A DNA stretch of 56,953 nt, filler included, from Sphacelaria rigidula (GCA_964200075.2; 7 parts of 7 records of this genome joined end to end with filler, not necessarily neighbours in it); one strand, 5' to 3'. Positions 12,111 through 25,460 are shown, counted from the whole stretch's first letter. Numbers and translations are program-made. The notes: generated by a model from the sequence alone, not told the origin.

Positions 12111-14915
12111 CGAACATACCTTTCACAAAACTTCGTGAAACCGTACCCACACATACATACTGCTCTGATTGTTGAGTGTATGGGTCATTGCCTCGTGGGA
12201 AAGTGTGGGTTTTCCTCACTACTCTTGAGCGTCGTCGATTGGACGTTTCCTGTTTGTTTAGGTGGTTATGTTTTACGTTGCACTTATTTTAACCAGCTAT
12301 GTCATGCAATGTAAATACGAGCTGAACTACACGGGTGGGGGAGGGGGGGTTCAGGCCCTTTGGGCTGAATTCGGGGGTGGGGATGGGAGGAATAGGGGCA
12401 CTGGGTTATAGTTGGATGCGAAGAGAGGAGGTCGGGAATTTTGCGAGTACAGTGCAGAGGGGGACAGGGTTGGGCTGGCCTAAGGGACTTATCGTTGGTA
12501 TATGGTGTTTTTGTGGTGCACGCTTATGACCGCGCTTCATTGTCTCGCCGAAGCAGCTCTGCCTTCAAGCTGCGACGGCTTTAAAGCGGGTATATTAGTC
12601 TGCCAAATCAACTTCGATGACGACCTAGGTCGTGTGACAACCGTGTGAGCCTTCACTTGCCTTTTGTTTCCAGCCCTGTTTACCTAAAACTCTCTCGGCC
12701 AAATCTGACGGGAGGCGGTATTCCTTGCGCCCGAGAGAAACGGTTTGCTGTACCATCGCATTACTTCACACCGAGGAAAAGGAACAAATGCTTTCGCACA
12801 ACATGTCAGCCGGGCCTTGCGTCGAAATGATTTGTTGTCGGCGTCACGATGCATGCATGTACCTTGTTTTGCTCTTCGCCACCCAGCACCCATGTGTCAT
12901 ACACAAGCACACATGGCTGCACTATACCTCATGTGAACAGCAGCCCTCCGCTACAACATGGTGAAACGACATGATATCTCCTCATTAGGTTGAATGGTAC
13001 TACGAACTCCCCCCATGCTTATGTGGTAGGCTCCATATCAGGCTGCCATCTGGGTGACAATGCCTTCTCATTCGTACTCTCTACCTTCACAGTATGCCTT
13101 GTTTGGAACAGCTCCACATATGAGGGCCAGTCTCCGAGCCTGACGCAGTGTTCACATGAGCGACAAATATGTGGATTATGAACGAGAGAGCAGGTGTCAC
13201 ATGAATTCTGCAATCACCCACAAGCCCTCCGGGGCACGAAGTTGCATCGGAGACCATGCGTCCAAAGCAGGAGACACCGTTGTTATCGCCCTGCAATCAG
13301 CTACACGTCCACCGAGTTTTACCTTTTCAGCGCAATCGGGCGAGAACTTAAATATCTTGATTTTAGTGCCAAACCGCGATCGGGGATCGCCGCCAGGTCG
13401 CATTTGACGAACCCTCGAGGGGTAGAGTATTGGGACCAGTCTGCTCATCTCTACGGATAGACGGAACTGAAGGATGTAAAGTATTGTACTTCACGCCAGG
13501 AGCGCCAGGGTGTATTCTACTTGAGATACCAAGTAACTCACCACCCGGCCACGTTCCCTCACTACCGCGGTAATTTTCGACAACTTCACTACGGTTGAGC
13601 CGGCGAAGTGGGCAAGGTATGCATGCAACTGATGAACATGCCACGCAGCAACTTGACGAGCGGTCCTCCATCCACAGGCTGAAAGGATGGGCCTGTTTCT
13701 CTCGCTGCCCCCACGCCATCAAAGCAGGTGGTTCCGGCTTGTCTTTCCCTTTGAAATCTGAGGTACCGGTAGCTCGAACACAGCAGAGTACAACCATGAA
13801 GCATAGTGCAGCGTGGTCGCTGCTGTATACCGCGGCACGGTGACCTGAGAAGCGTGCCCTCCCTTACTGGCGGTAGTACTAGTACCTCCTTCTTCTCTCA
13901 GGGGCAATGATAACGGGATTTTCTTGCGGAATATTTTGATTTCCTTGGTGGAAACAAAATGACGCTTTCCCCTGACTTCTCCAAAATAAAAATGCCGGAG
14001 AAAAATCCGACGTTCGATTTTCGGATACAAGTAACCTGTAGTCAGACTGAGCTTTTGCTTTTCATGCGTTTTCCCCCAAAATACTTGTGCGTCTCGTTCA
14101 AAAGGGGGCATTTTGAAGCGGAAACCCCGCCGAGGCGTTACAACAGCTTGAGTTTAGCGTGGAAGACCGGAAAACAAGAACCCAGAATTCATGCGAATCA
14201 TATGCGCGCATAAAAAGCAAAAGCCTGAGTCAAACGCTAGTTTTAATCATTGCCTGACCTTGCCAGGAGCGTTTCACCACTTGTTGGGGTCGATTTGCTT
14301 GGTTTCAGTGTCGACACCGAAATCCGGATCTTTAATGGGGCTGTACTCCTAGCGTGCACATAGTGCGTTTTTGTCTCAACTGGCGCCGCTGACGCCGGTA
14401 TGATAACGTCTGGCAACGCACCTCCTTTGCCTGGGAAACACTCTGTACCCTCTCCTGGCCCGAGAGTTTTCGGTATGCATTCGTTGGGGTGAGGGAGAGG
14501 TTTAAAGAAAGAGTTAGAGTTATTCGAAGCAAATCAAATCAGAGAAGTTCTTCGCCCAACCAAGTAGTAAACTTATTTCCGACCTAGTCAGGGGTGAACG
14601 GGAGAATATTTCTGCACATCTCTAGACCCACTCCTCCCACGGTGGGCCATTTATTTACTTCAGTTTTAATTGTTTCTCTTTTTTGCCTTCCCCTTCTCGA
14701 CTCGTGTGTGCAATGCACATTAACCCCTCAGACACGTCCTAAATACCTTCATATTGGAATCACCTACATGGTGCTGTGGGTTCGCTTGGCTTTATTCGAC
14801 GGTAGGTAGTGGTTGGAAACGATCCCTAACCAAGACCATCCCCTGCGGCAACCTTGCTCGGTTAAAAGTTACAAAAACGACAACCAACCACAGCTTACAT
14901 CTAACTTTTTGCAAA

Positions 14916-15424
14916 TCGTCAAGAACGGAAGGGGCCCATGAATGATGAGCCTACGACGAAGAAAAAATCTCCTCGAAAATGAGGTTGGACGTTAAAATGA
15001 GGTTCAATTCTAAAACAGTGCTCACCTGGCGACCTGAAGTCATGACAAATGACTTTGACGTGAACACTCTCATGCCCCCCGACCTCCGTGGATCTCTTTT
15101 TGGGAGGTTCCCGTCTTGCGTTCCCCCCCAAAGTGTATATGCGAAAGCACCATTTTCGGGCTAAAAGACGTCCCCTTCTTTCACCCCGAAATCGATGCCT
15201 TATTTTACGCCGAAATCGATGCAAAATAAAGGGGCTTCCGCACACACCTTTTTTTAGGGAACGGCAGACGGAAACCTCCCAACAATAGATTCACGGAGGT
15301 TGGGGAGCATGAGGTCGCCCATATGAAAGCCCTTTGTCGTGATTTTAGGTCAGAGAAAGAAATGTTTTGGAGTTGAACCTCACTTCAAAGCTCAACCTCA
15401 TTTTCAAGGAGACTCTCTTGACGG
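14916..15424. mobile_element. Foldback/MITE with long diverged inverted arms
   Basis: Arms about 14968-15125 and 15256-15411 are imperfect reverse complements; termini CGTCAAGA / TCTTGACG. Confidence 0.75.
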
Positions 15425-16302
15425 TGGCAGTGTGTATACAGTGTTCCGAATAATATTATGCTACGGGATACTATGAACTCATTTTCAAAGGCTATATCCT
15501 CAAAGTGCATGACGAATTCCTTCACCCATGAGTACCAGGGGGGTCAGTTACCTTTCAGCTTGTACCGTGCATGATTTTTATGGCTGGACACCGCGTGGTA
15601 AATATGACCGACCTCAACAATCCATACCGAGGTGAGTCTTGGGTTTTCATCTATTGATTTCGTTCTCGTCTACATATATATTCTAGGTTTGTAATTTATA
15701 TATTACGTTTGTATTTCATTATTTTTCGTTTCTTTTCTTTTCAAAATGTTTTCTCTTCTTATTTTGTATTATTTACTTTATTTCATGTTCATTACTCTAA
15801 TCACTTTTCTCGTTCACTATTTTTTATATAAGTTATGTTTCTATTTCTATTTGGATTTTCGGGCATTGGCCTAGAAAATATATACCTTCTCGTATTTTGC
15901 CTGCAAAAGGCACGACAAATGACCGGAAACGCGGAAACAACAAAACACACAATCTAGACCGATTTCGCTCCGAATTTTTTACGCACAGCAATCGGGGGGC
16001 CCCTCGGCACCCGGGCCTCGAAAACAAAACAGGAAAATATGTATATCTTGCGAGATATGGCCATGCGCAGAAGGACGTCTCGCCTCCAGAAACCACTTCC
16101 CCTTTCTAGGCCAAGTTTCGGCCAGGTATACCTGATCAAGGAATTATTTTTTCAATCGTCGTACCCTATCTGGGCCGCCAGTCGGCTGAGAGAGTACCTA
16201 TTNNNNNNNNNNNNNNNNNNNNNNNNNNNNNNNNNNNNNNNNNNNNTTAATTAATTAANNNNNNNNNNNNNNNNNNNNNNNNNNNNNNNNNNNNNNNNNN
16301 NN

Positions 16303-16361
16303 GGTCATCATCCAGGATCCTACACATGCTACATTTACTACGCCTTGGTGTATTTTGGCTA
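16303..16361 (-). mobile_element. 5' end of an LTR (TGTAGCC...), cut by the contig start
   Basis: Near-exact reverse complement of 19145-19203. Confidence 0.7.
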
Positions 16362-16465
16362 CAAAGGTCAACACAGGAGCTTTTATTTATTTATTTTTAG
16401 TACCCCACCTTCCTTCCGCGGTACTTTCTTTTTTTTTTATTTTGAGAGGGGTTCAGCAGTCCCTT
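16362..16465 (-). mobile_element. Fragment of the SINE family seen at 43473-43840
   Basis: Reverse complement matches 43637-43747 (AAGGGACTGCTG..GGAAGGTGGGGTACTAAAAATAAA..TTGACCTT). Confidence 0.75.
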
Positions 16466-16577
16466 GACGATGTAGCTTGGTAGAAATGAACACACTCGTT
16501 TCCTTTACCTTGTTCCATAGACTCAAAACCTACCCCACCAAGTTGCGATTGGATCTTGGTATTGCAGCTACATCGTC
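16466..16577. mobile_element. Small MITE, 12-bp TIR GACGATGTAGCT, apparent CTT TSD
   Basis: Perfect 12-bp TIRs; CTT at 16463-16465 and 16578-16580. Confidence 0.55.
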
Positions 16578-17079
16578 CTTGCTAGCATGTGTGTGACAGA
16601 GAACAGTAGCGGTGACGTGAACATCGCTCTGCTTTTCGACGGCGTGTTCTACTACGCACAGACGCACGCACGTCCTGCCCAAGCAGAGAGGCAAAGAGGC
16701 AGAGAAGAATCGATCTTTGCATTGGTCAGCGCCACAGACAGGAGACGACTACCGTGGACATCCCCATCTTGTTTCCGGGGCTGTGCTACAATGACCCGCC
16801 TGCCGAGACATGGCAACCTGGGTATGTGATGGTAACATGATGTCAATCTCTCGAGCGATTGGGAATCGCCGATCGAGGACACACAAAGGGCACCCCGGTT
16901 GGAGCTTCCTCTCCGCCGTCGCTCCTTTCTGTGGTGATACCGTCATCGACACGCGTGTCCACCGCATTCGTTCTGTGCACCTAGCCACACCTGCTCCATA
17001 ACTGCTAGATATTTGTTTTGAGGAAGATGTGTTTCCTTGGTGAAACTGTTCCGAACCGTTCCTGAAATTCAGTGATGCC

Positions 17080-18780
17080 ATTTGGACCTCGGTTTAATGT
17101 TCCACCCCATTTCTGAGAATCGGTTGTTCATACTTTATGTGTTAAAGGTGAATCCCATCCCATTCGTAGCCGAGTTATTCATCACTGGTGCCGACGGTGC
17201 ACTTGCATGTAGAACTCGTGCGCTTGTAGGCTCTGAAGACGTCCTTGGGTCCACGGTAACTGTGTTCACTTGCTGATATGGAGACTCCACATCTCTATCA
17301 TGCTCGGCATTCTTATCATGTTTGACATTACTGCTGTCACTTCTTATACCTTGATTTCTTTTTTGACTTCTACACTATGCGTTATCATTACGGGCTGTTC
17401 TGTGTAACGTACATCATTTTGTCTGTCTACCACTATCATTAGGCTGCTCTATAGACCTGCATTCACACATATAATGACCCATCTTACCACAGGTGAAACA
17501 GTGCTTTTGGTTCTTGTTTTCCTCCCAGAATATTCTACAGGCGATTCTGCAATCATAGCACTATCTCAACCACGTGACATTTCAATCGAAACACCACGCG
17601 CTATTCGGTTGACGTCAATATCACGTGTTTTGGACTCAATGTACTTGAAGCAGAAAATAAGATCACGTTCGCATTATCTTTAACTTGTATGTAATCGTCG
17701 GTTAGCCCTTCTATGACTCTGTCGGTCGAACGCTCGTCCATTAGTTTCCCCCATATTTCCCAAATCATTTCGAAATTGATATACCTGTGTGAGGGAAATG
17801 TCTGGATGCTCACCCCGTGAACGAGTTTAGTTGTCCAACCGTCTAATTAGAATAAATCGTCCTCGTTTAGACGAATTATATTTCTTCGCGAGTAAGCCGC
17901 CCGATGCTTTATTACAATCTGGTTTGGCAGAGCCCTGTGGTTCGAATCGTAAAAGATAGCTTGCTGCAGGACCGGTTGTAGTCAGGTATAATATATGAAA
18001 CGGCACTTCATCATTGCAATCGAATTCAGTGATTCATGTGCGTCACTTACTACTCATACGTGGGTGTCAGCACTGTCTACTCCAACTGTGTAGTCCTGAC
18101 TTGATGAGATAGCTCATCCCTCTGTCGATGTGTCCTCTAAAGACGCTTCTGTTCCCGCTCCCGTCGGCACGCTTCTAGAACGTTTAGCTATAGGGCTTAC
18201 CCCCGACGTACTCCTAGCACTGAGCAGCGGAATTTCTATATCCTGTCGTACATTTTGTCGCCGCCTAAGCTCATAGACTTCTTCGGGACGATTTCTGCCG
18301 TTAATAATTTCTGAAATGTCCGGATGTGTTGATGAAACTACTGCCCGAACGGACTGTTTCCACTCGAGAAAATTGCTCCCGTTAAACTTACGGAGACTCC
18401 CGATGACTTCAGTAACAGATAACTTTCCACATAAATTTATCCGTTACAATCTTTGTTACTTCCGTTCACACCTTGATGCGTTTTCACCTAATATTTTGTT
18501 TTTGTCTTCTCGACGGAACTATTCTATTCACACCTACCTACATTCTTCTCTTGATGCCCTCGCTGATAGGCGCGACGACCACGCTCTTCCCTTGTTGCAG
18601 CTTGATGTCCTCTATGGGGTGTCCTTGTTACTGGTGCCGAAGACTACGGTACTATACTGTAGTGACGCAGTCGGGCTCAAACCCTATCGCTGCAGTTACG
18701 TATTGAGGCTCGAACCTGTTGGGAATATATATGGCTGTAAACACGGGATCTTACAATTGCGGATGGATTATTTGTTGGGG
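17080..18780 (-). mobile_element. Ty1/copia relic: LTR 3' end, PBS-like site, decayed gag
   Basis: Frameshifted gag EHPDISLTQVYQFRNDLGNMGE / DERSTDRVIEGLTDDYIQVKDNA(ERD) at 17600-17815; K*CTLHRTARNDNA*C knuckle relic near 17375-17420; ...CAACA|GGTTCGAGCC near 18707-18721; 18734-18780 similar to the LTR at 19390-19440. Confidence 0.6.
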
Positions 18781-19144
18781 ATGAGAAACTCGGAGGATTA
18801 AAATCTTCGTATCCGCACCAAATATTCGAAATATGGTTCCATTTCTTCACCTACTGATAGCTCTCGACAACTGCTACACGCCGTAGGAATTTGGATTTCG
18901 ATCACCGAAATGTTGGGGTCCGAGGTGAAAAAACAGTTTTGTGGAATTCCGGGTGTCCGAGCGGACGCCAAAATGGTTCCGAAAGGTTTGTTTTTACCTA
19001 GGACCCCAACATTTCGGTGATCGAAATTGAAATTCCTATGACGTGTAGCAGTTGTCAAGAGCTATCAGTAGGTGAAGAATTGGAACCATATTTCGAATAT
19101 TTGGTGCGGATACAAAGATATTAATCCTCCGGGTTCCTCATCCC
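18778..19144. mobile_element. 367-bp near-perfect palindromic (foldback) MITE, GGGATGAG...CTCATCCC
   Basis: Arms of about 165 bp are reverse complements with few mismatches around a short loop. Confidence 0.92.
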
Positions 19145-19465
19145 TGTAGCCAAAACACACCAAGGCGTAGTAAATGTAGCATGTAGGATCCTCAATGATG
19201 ACCAGGGTACAAGAGCATCCTGTGGATGAAGACCCTTGATGTGTAGCCTATGCCTGAAGGTACAGGTCGCAGCTGTTTACTTCGTGAATGGATGCTCTAA
19301 GAGAAGTTCTTATCGAGCATGAGGCCAGTGGATTCTGGAGAAGTCCCTCACTGAATAGCCCTCTTGTCCAGATCGTCTGGCAGAGGCTATATCCCCAATA
19401 AATGATCCACTTTCAATTTGTAAGATCCCGTGTTTGTAGCGTCTTGTGTACAAAATATACATTGT
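19145..19465 (+). mobile_element. Probable solo LTR
   Basis: Starts TG; 5' part matches 16303-16361 and 3' part matches 18734-18780 (both inverted); AATAAA at 19397; 3' boundary approximate. Confidence 0.6.
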
Positions 19466-20084
19466 TCAACTGTCAACGTGACGGCAAGAACTGGTTCAAT
19501 GCGTGAACCCAGCTCTAACAAGAGAGCTCGCAGGGGCTGCACGGTGTTGGTTAAACACTTGCTTGTACAATGAAAACAATGATATGGTTAGCTTGGCGCT
19601 TGCCTTGGCCGAACTCAAATCAAACACAATCCGTCTCTACTTACACAAAACTGATGACAAGCTGGTAGGCTTACTTGAGATGGGTGGCTTTGGAGAGTAA
19701 TAGCGTAGGACTATGTCAATCTCTCGACAAACCTCCTCGATACTATGAATCCGTTAATCCAAACTGTTGATACCTTAGACTCTTCGTACTGAACGCTTTG
19801 ACTATTCTGGCAACATGCTGACTTTCTGTGTACGAGCTATACAGTATATGAGCTATTCATCATTCTACGACGAATGTTCCACTCCCTCGGTCACTATTAC
19901 GATCTTTGTTGTATTGAACCGTGACTGATTCGGCAGCTAATAATGTCAGGTATGTGTATTCGGGACTGCTATTTATTTAGTTTCTACAGTCAGAAGTGGC
20001 CACTAGTGTCAGCGGTAGATGCGGTCAAGTTGCAGCAACTAACGTCGTGTATGAAGAGAATATGTTTGGTCTTTGGGTTGACGT

Positions 20085-23000
20085 AGGGGCCATATAGCCG
20101 GGGTTCAATAGCCAGTAGGGTAGGCGCCAGTAGTTGTCGAGGATTTGTTACTCCCCTTCGACTTCGCAGCTACTGGCCAGTTCGTGGGGGGAAGCTTAGC
20201 GGGTTAGAGTCATGCTGTCGCCCGGAAAAGATGGCGGATTTTGGGAGCTCTAAAGGCGACTGTTTTCGTCTTCGGAAATCGTCCAACGGCTATTTACCAA
20301 GTGTTTCTTCCCTCCCCGGGCTGCCCTGCCTGGGGCGGGTGTGTGAACTGCGAACCTGCACGCACACACCTGAGGTGTAGAAAAGACATCGTCGTCGACA
20401 GTAGTAATAACAACAGCAACAGCAGTAATAGCGTAGCAACCGTCTTGCTGCCCTACCTGCTGCTTACGCTCGACGATGTTGACGGCAGTAAATCCTGATT
20501 CGGCGGAATTTTTCCCGGCGGAGTTTTTCCCAACAGCAAAGTTTGCCGCGGCTACACAGCCCGCGGCAGCGACACCAGGTAACCGTCGCCGAAAGCGTGG
20601 GAAACGTAGGAAGGAGAGTAGAGTTGCTAGGTATCTACACGTGTGTAAGCACAAGAAACGATGCGGTGGTGGAACCCGTCGAGGCATGTCGGGACTGCTG
20701 CCCCCGAAATCATGTCTGATAACAAGCACGCACGGAGCAGTGTCCATTTCGGAACAGCAATATATGCTTGTATGTAAAGGGACGGAGAAGAAGAAAAAAC
20801 ACGCCGCAAGGAAAAAGAGGCGTAGGAGACGAGCAGGTCGGAGGGCTGCCGACAAGAGGAAAAAGACTGCGAGGGCGAGGGCCGCGATCGGCGAGCTTAC
20901 TGTCGGCACCTACAATGTTCGCACGCTCGCTTTCAAAGGTGTGAACGGCATCAGCCACAGTAAGATTGTCCTGAAACCTTGTCAGTATCTGGGATGCGAT
21001 ATCGTAGGGTTACAAGAAACCAGGAGAGATGGTCAATCGGTGTTCAGTGCGGCGGGATTTACGGTATTTTGTTCTGGTGATACAAGCGGGGCTAAGGGAA
21101 GGGTAGGGCAACATGGGGTAGGGATCGCTATCAAGGAGTCAACCCTGGAGGAGATGAGAGGAAAAGGTGCCACAGTCGAGTACCTCAGTGCTCGACTTAT
21201 GAAGTTGAAACTTGAACTACACGGCAAATCCAACGCAGTATAATTTATTTGTAGTTGGGTATGCCCCGACGGAGACCACTCCGCTGCGCGACAAGAACAA
21301 GTTTTGGGATGGCGTATCCGATACCGTCTCACAAGTACATGGCAAGGAACATCTATTCGCCATGATGGATGCTAACGCCCGCACTGGACAACGAGGGGAG
21401 GGAGGCGGAGAGAATGATAGCAAGGTATTTGGCGAATACGGGCGGGATGTACTGAACAATAACGGTGGAAGGCTACTGACTTTGCGGAGGAACAACGCCT
21501 TGCTGTGCTAAATACGTTCTTCAGAACACCCAAGCGGGGCATATCGTACACTTTCCAAAGCCCCAACGCCGGGAAGGGACGCTATCGCCTTGACTACATC
21601 CTCACAAGACAGATGGACCGAAACCTCGTACGCAACATTTCCGTCCGCCGCCCACCACCCGGCAAACGCGAGTCTGACCATAACCTCGTATCTGTAAAGG
21701 TCTGGCGCCGTGGTCGCTTTGCGCCCAATCGCAAGTTACGGAAATATACATCCAAACGCAGAACGGCCGACCTTGAAAGGCTGATGGCTGACCCGACGTT
21801 GAGAGCAATGAAGTTGCAAACGGCCTTCCCTCTCGACCCCTTGCCCATAGATGCTACCGCCGCTGACATGGCTGCAGGCCTCACCAAGATGCTGATATCC
21901 GCCGCAGTAGATACCGCGCACCACGAGAGAAACCAACGAGGCTCCCACGGCTGGTGCGCGAGTGCCGAGACCAAGGCAAAGATCCAGGCTGCATGGATGG
22001 CGAGGGAAAAAGCACGGAGGGCATCGATGTCAACGCCCACTGACACCAACCTCAAGAGAGTTTTGAAGAAGGCCAACAAGGAACTTCGTCGTGTTAGAGC
22101 ACATGCGGTGGAGAGATTCTTCGAGACGTACGTCAGCCGACTTGAAGCGCACATCGCGAGAGGTGACCAACGCGGTTTCTACCGGCACCTGAAGGGAATC
22201 GATGTCGAAGGGAGAAAACCATGTAGCTCACAGCAGCAATATATCCGCGACGACAAGGGTCAACTGCTCAGAGACGTTGAGCTCATCCGCCCGCGGTGGG
22301 TACAGTGGTTTCACACCCTCCTCAACACCAAGTCGCCCCGCCTCAACCCAGCAATCATCGACCAACTCCAGGCGCGACTTCTGAAGACATCGCTAGACGA
22401 GGTGCCTACAATAGACGAGACAGCAGATGCCATACGGTATATGTCCAACAGAAAAGCCGTTGGCTCAGATGAACTGCCGGCTGAACTGCTGAAGATACTC
22501 CTCGACGGCGACGACACTAGCCGACTACAGAGATTCCACGCTATCATCGTTGACATCTGGGGCGGAGCAGCCGTACCACAAGAATGGAAGGGTGTCACCA
22601 TCATCGTGCTCCACAAAAAAGGCGATCGGATGGAATGCGGAAGCTACAGGGGAATTTCACTCGTGTCACACGCCGGCAAGGTGCTCCTCAAGATAATCGC
22701 CCGCCGCCGAAGCACCTACTGCGAGGGAAATGGAATTCTGCCTGAAGAGCAGTGCGACTTCTGCCCCGGACGCTCAACCGTCGATATGATGCTCACCGTC
22801 CGACGACTCCAGGAACTTGGCCGGAGACGACAGATCCCGCTCTACATGTGTTTCGTCGACCTCGCGAAAGCATACGATTCTGTCGACCGCCCACTGCTGT
22901 GGCAAGTCCTGGAACGCTATGGTGTCCCACCCATCATGCTCTCGATCATCCGCCAATCCACGATGGCATGCAGGCTCGAGTGCGCACGAACGACGGGGAA

Positions 23001-24353
23001 TACTCGGAATGGTTCGACATCGACCAGGGCCTCCGACAGGGATGCGTCCTAGCACCACTGCTGTTCAACATCTTCTTCACGGCAGTACTCACGGTGGCCC
23101 TGGCAGTCTTCCGCGATGACCCTGACATCTCGGGGGACCTGGTGCGAGTCCGGAAGCGCGAAAAGGGAGATTTCCACCGGGAATGTGCTGTAGCACGGGT
23201 CGAGCCAGATGTGGCCACAGCAATAGCGGCGGAAGAGGAACGGTCCATATGGAGTACGCTGTACGCCGATGACGCCTGCATCGTCTCGCGGACACCATCG
23301 AGCCTCGAGAAGATGATGACTGTGATTGTGACGATCTGCGGAGAGTTCGGGTTGACCGTGTCGGAAGCAAAGACGAAGACCATGCGACTGCACTCACAGG
23401 CGGGGCACCTCGACATCAATGCGGCTGGTCAGGTATACGAACAAACAGACAACTTTGTTTACCTGGGGGGGGTCGATTACGGAGAGTGGCGACCTCTCGG
23501 TGGAAATCAACAAGCGCGTACGAGGGGCATGGTCGAGCTACCATAAGTACAAAGTCCAACTGTACAATCGACCGAACGCGGCCGTCCACCTCAAGGTCCG
23601 CATGATCAAAGCCGAGGCTGTCGAAGCACTCCTGTACGGGTGCGTCACATGGACCCCTCTCAGCGGTCACTACAGTACACTGCGCACGGCCCACCATGCG
23701 TTGCTCAGGCGCTGTCTTGGATGGCACAAGCGCAATCGCACAAACCACGTTCTGTCATACCGAGAGACCCTCGCGAGGACAGGGTGCGAAAGCATCGAGA
23801 CGACGGAGAGAAAAAGGATACGCGCATGTCACCCGGACGGATACCGAAACACGTCATGTTCGGTGAAATTATAGTCGTGAAGGGCCAAAAAAGAGAGTTT
23901 AACGGCAGGCACAAGGACTGGATCCGCTGCCTAGAGGAAGACATGAAGGCGTTCGGTATCGAATGGCAGGGGTGGACTACCAGAGCCTTGAATGCAGTAG
24001 AGTGGCACAGCTGTGTTGAACAGGGAGCAGAAAGGTTTATGGCGGACCGGTGCCAAAAGGATGGCGCAGAGGCAGCGATACGGCACGCGAAAGCTGCAGG
24101 CCAAGATGCACCGACAGCACCTGGGACCGACATTACCAACAGCAACTCACCATAGCCTACGCCAGATGCGCAGGGCATGTATTTGGTCCCCATCTCTGCT
24201 TTGTTTCATCTTTTGTTCCTGGTGGTTTCTTCTTTTTTTTGTTCGCTTTTTGTTTCGTCCGTGCTTCCCCCCCCCTCCCCTCCCCCCCGCTGCCGGAACG
24301 AGCCTGGCTCTGTCTTCTTGTCGATTGCATTCCCTTTTTTTACGTTCTATTAT
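20085..24353 (+). mobile_element. RTE-clade LINE (APE-RT single ORF), near full length, frameshifted
   Basis: APE motifs VGTYNVRTL, VGLQETR, YAPT, DANARTG, LDYIL, SDH; RT motifs [45 protein letters not shown]-terminal LLYGCVTW and RIPKHVMFGE; ORF ends 24155; about five frameshifts; 5' boundary approximate. Confidence 0.95.
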
Positions 24354-24623
24354 NNNNNNNNNNNNNNNNNNNNNNNNNNNNNNNNNNNNNNNNNNNNTTA
24401 ATTAATTAANNNNNNNNNNNNNNNNNNNNNNNNNNNNNNNNNNNNNNNNNNNNTCCCTGCTTGCACTGGGTCTGTACACGTGTGTGACATCAGTCTCTGA
24501 TGTCACCGCAAAGAGATATCTCCCACAAATATGATAATATGATGGAAATTTTTGTAAGACGTACATACTCCTCGCAAGATAATACCAACATGCGTCGCGC
24601 GGTATCGTCTTCAGTTGGAGAAA

Positions 24624-24995
24624 GGAGGGGGGTGTATTCATGATCATGCATGCCATAGTCATAAGACTATTGACCCCGCATCCCTACAAAGCCGGGACGG
24701 AGCACGCAGGGTTTTCGCCGGACCAGGCTCGAGGAGGGGGGGGGCGTACTCATTTGTTGCTTGCCCTAGTTATTTGACCATTAACCACGCATCCCTTTCG
24801 AGACGGAGCACTGAGGAGGGGGGAACACTCATTTGTTGCTTGCCCTAGTTATTTGACCATTGACCACGCATCCCTTTCGAGATGGGGCGTTGGCGGGGGG
24901 GGGAGGGGGAGAGGGAGGGGGATGGGGGGGAGGTTCTCATTTGTTGATCGACTTATTCGTTTGGTCATTGATCACGCATTTCTTTCGAGACAGAT
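24624..24995 (-). mobile_element. Four tandem truncated C-tailed retroelement ends (B, A, A, A)
   Basis: Repeated Gn-(GT)ACTCATTTGTTGCTTGCC..TTGACCATTGACCACGCATCCCTTTCGAGA units separated by G-runs. Confidence 0.85.
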
Positions 24996-25214
24996 CATGC
25001 GGGAGGGGGAAGGGAACGTTTGTCCATGTCACGCCCGAGGTATATCTTTAGGCCGGTGAAATCGATGCTCTACGACTTGACCCTCCCGTTGTAAGATGCG
25101 CATTCTTATCGCTTGCACCTGCATCTTGTTTCATTTTCTTCGCTCTGTTCCGTCTGCCGTTTACTTTCTCTGCCTCCTGTCCCAACATTCTGCGGTGTGA
25201 GGACTCCTGCGACA

Positions 25215-25460
25215 CTTTCTACGATAGCCTTCCTCCCAAAAGGGCATGGTTTCGGGAGGCAAAATCTTCACGTAAATCGGAATGGGAAAAGCCTAGCACA
25301 ACGAACAGCTGGGTATTCCCACGCTTGGGTTCGTTCTCGCCAATGCTGCTAATATCAGGCGCTTCATCCCGTCTGAACCCAAACATCAGGCGCTGTATGG
25401 CCATGTTTTTCGTGGCACTTTTGGGCTGGTTTTGGGGGGGACTATCGTAGAAGCTGTCCT
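25215..25460. repeat. Dispersed repeat; diverged inverted copy at about 31670-31930
   Basis: Both give ..IQRLMFGFRR(D/H)EA..IGE.EP.RGN.QL.VVL on opposite strands. Confidence 0.8.

Noticed and set aside
16303-18780. Complete copia element with both LTRs
   Set aside because: The left LTR has no polypurine tract and interrupts a SINE; no pol lies between the two
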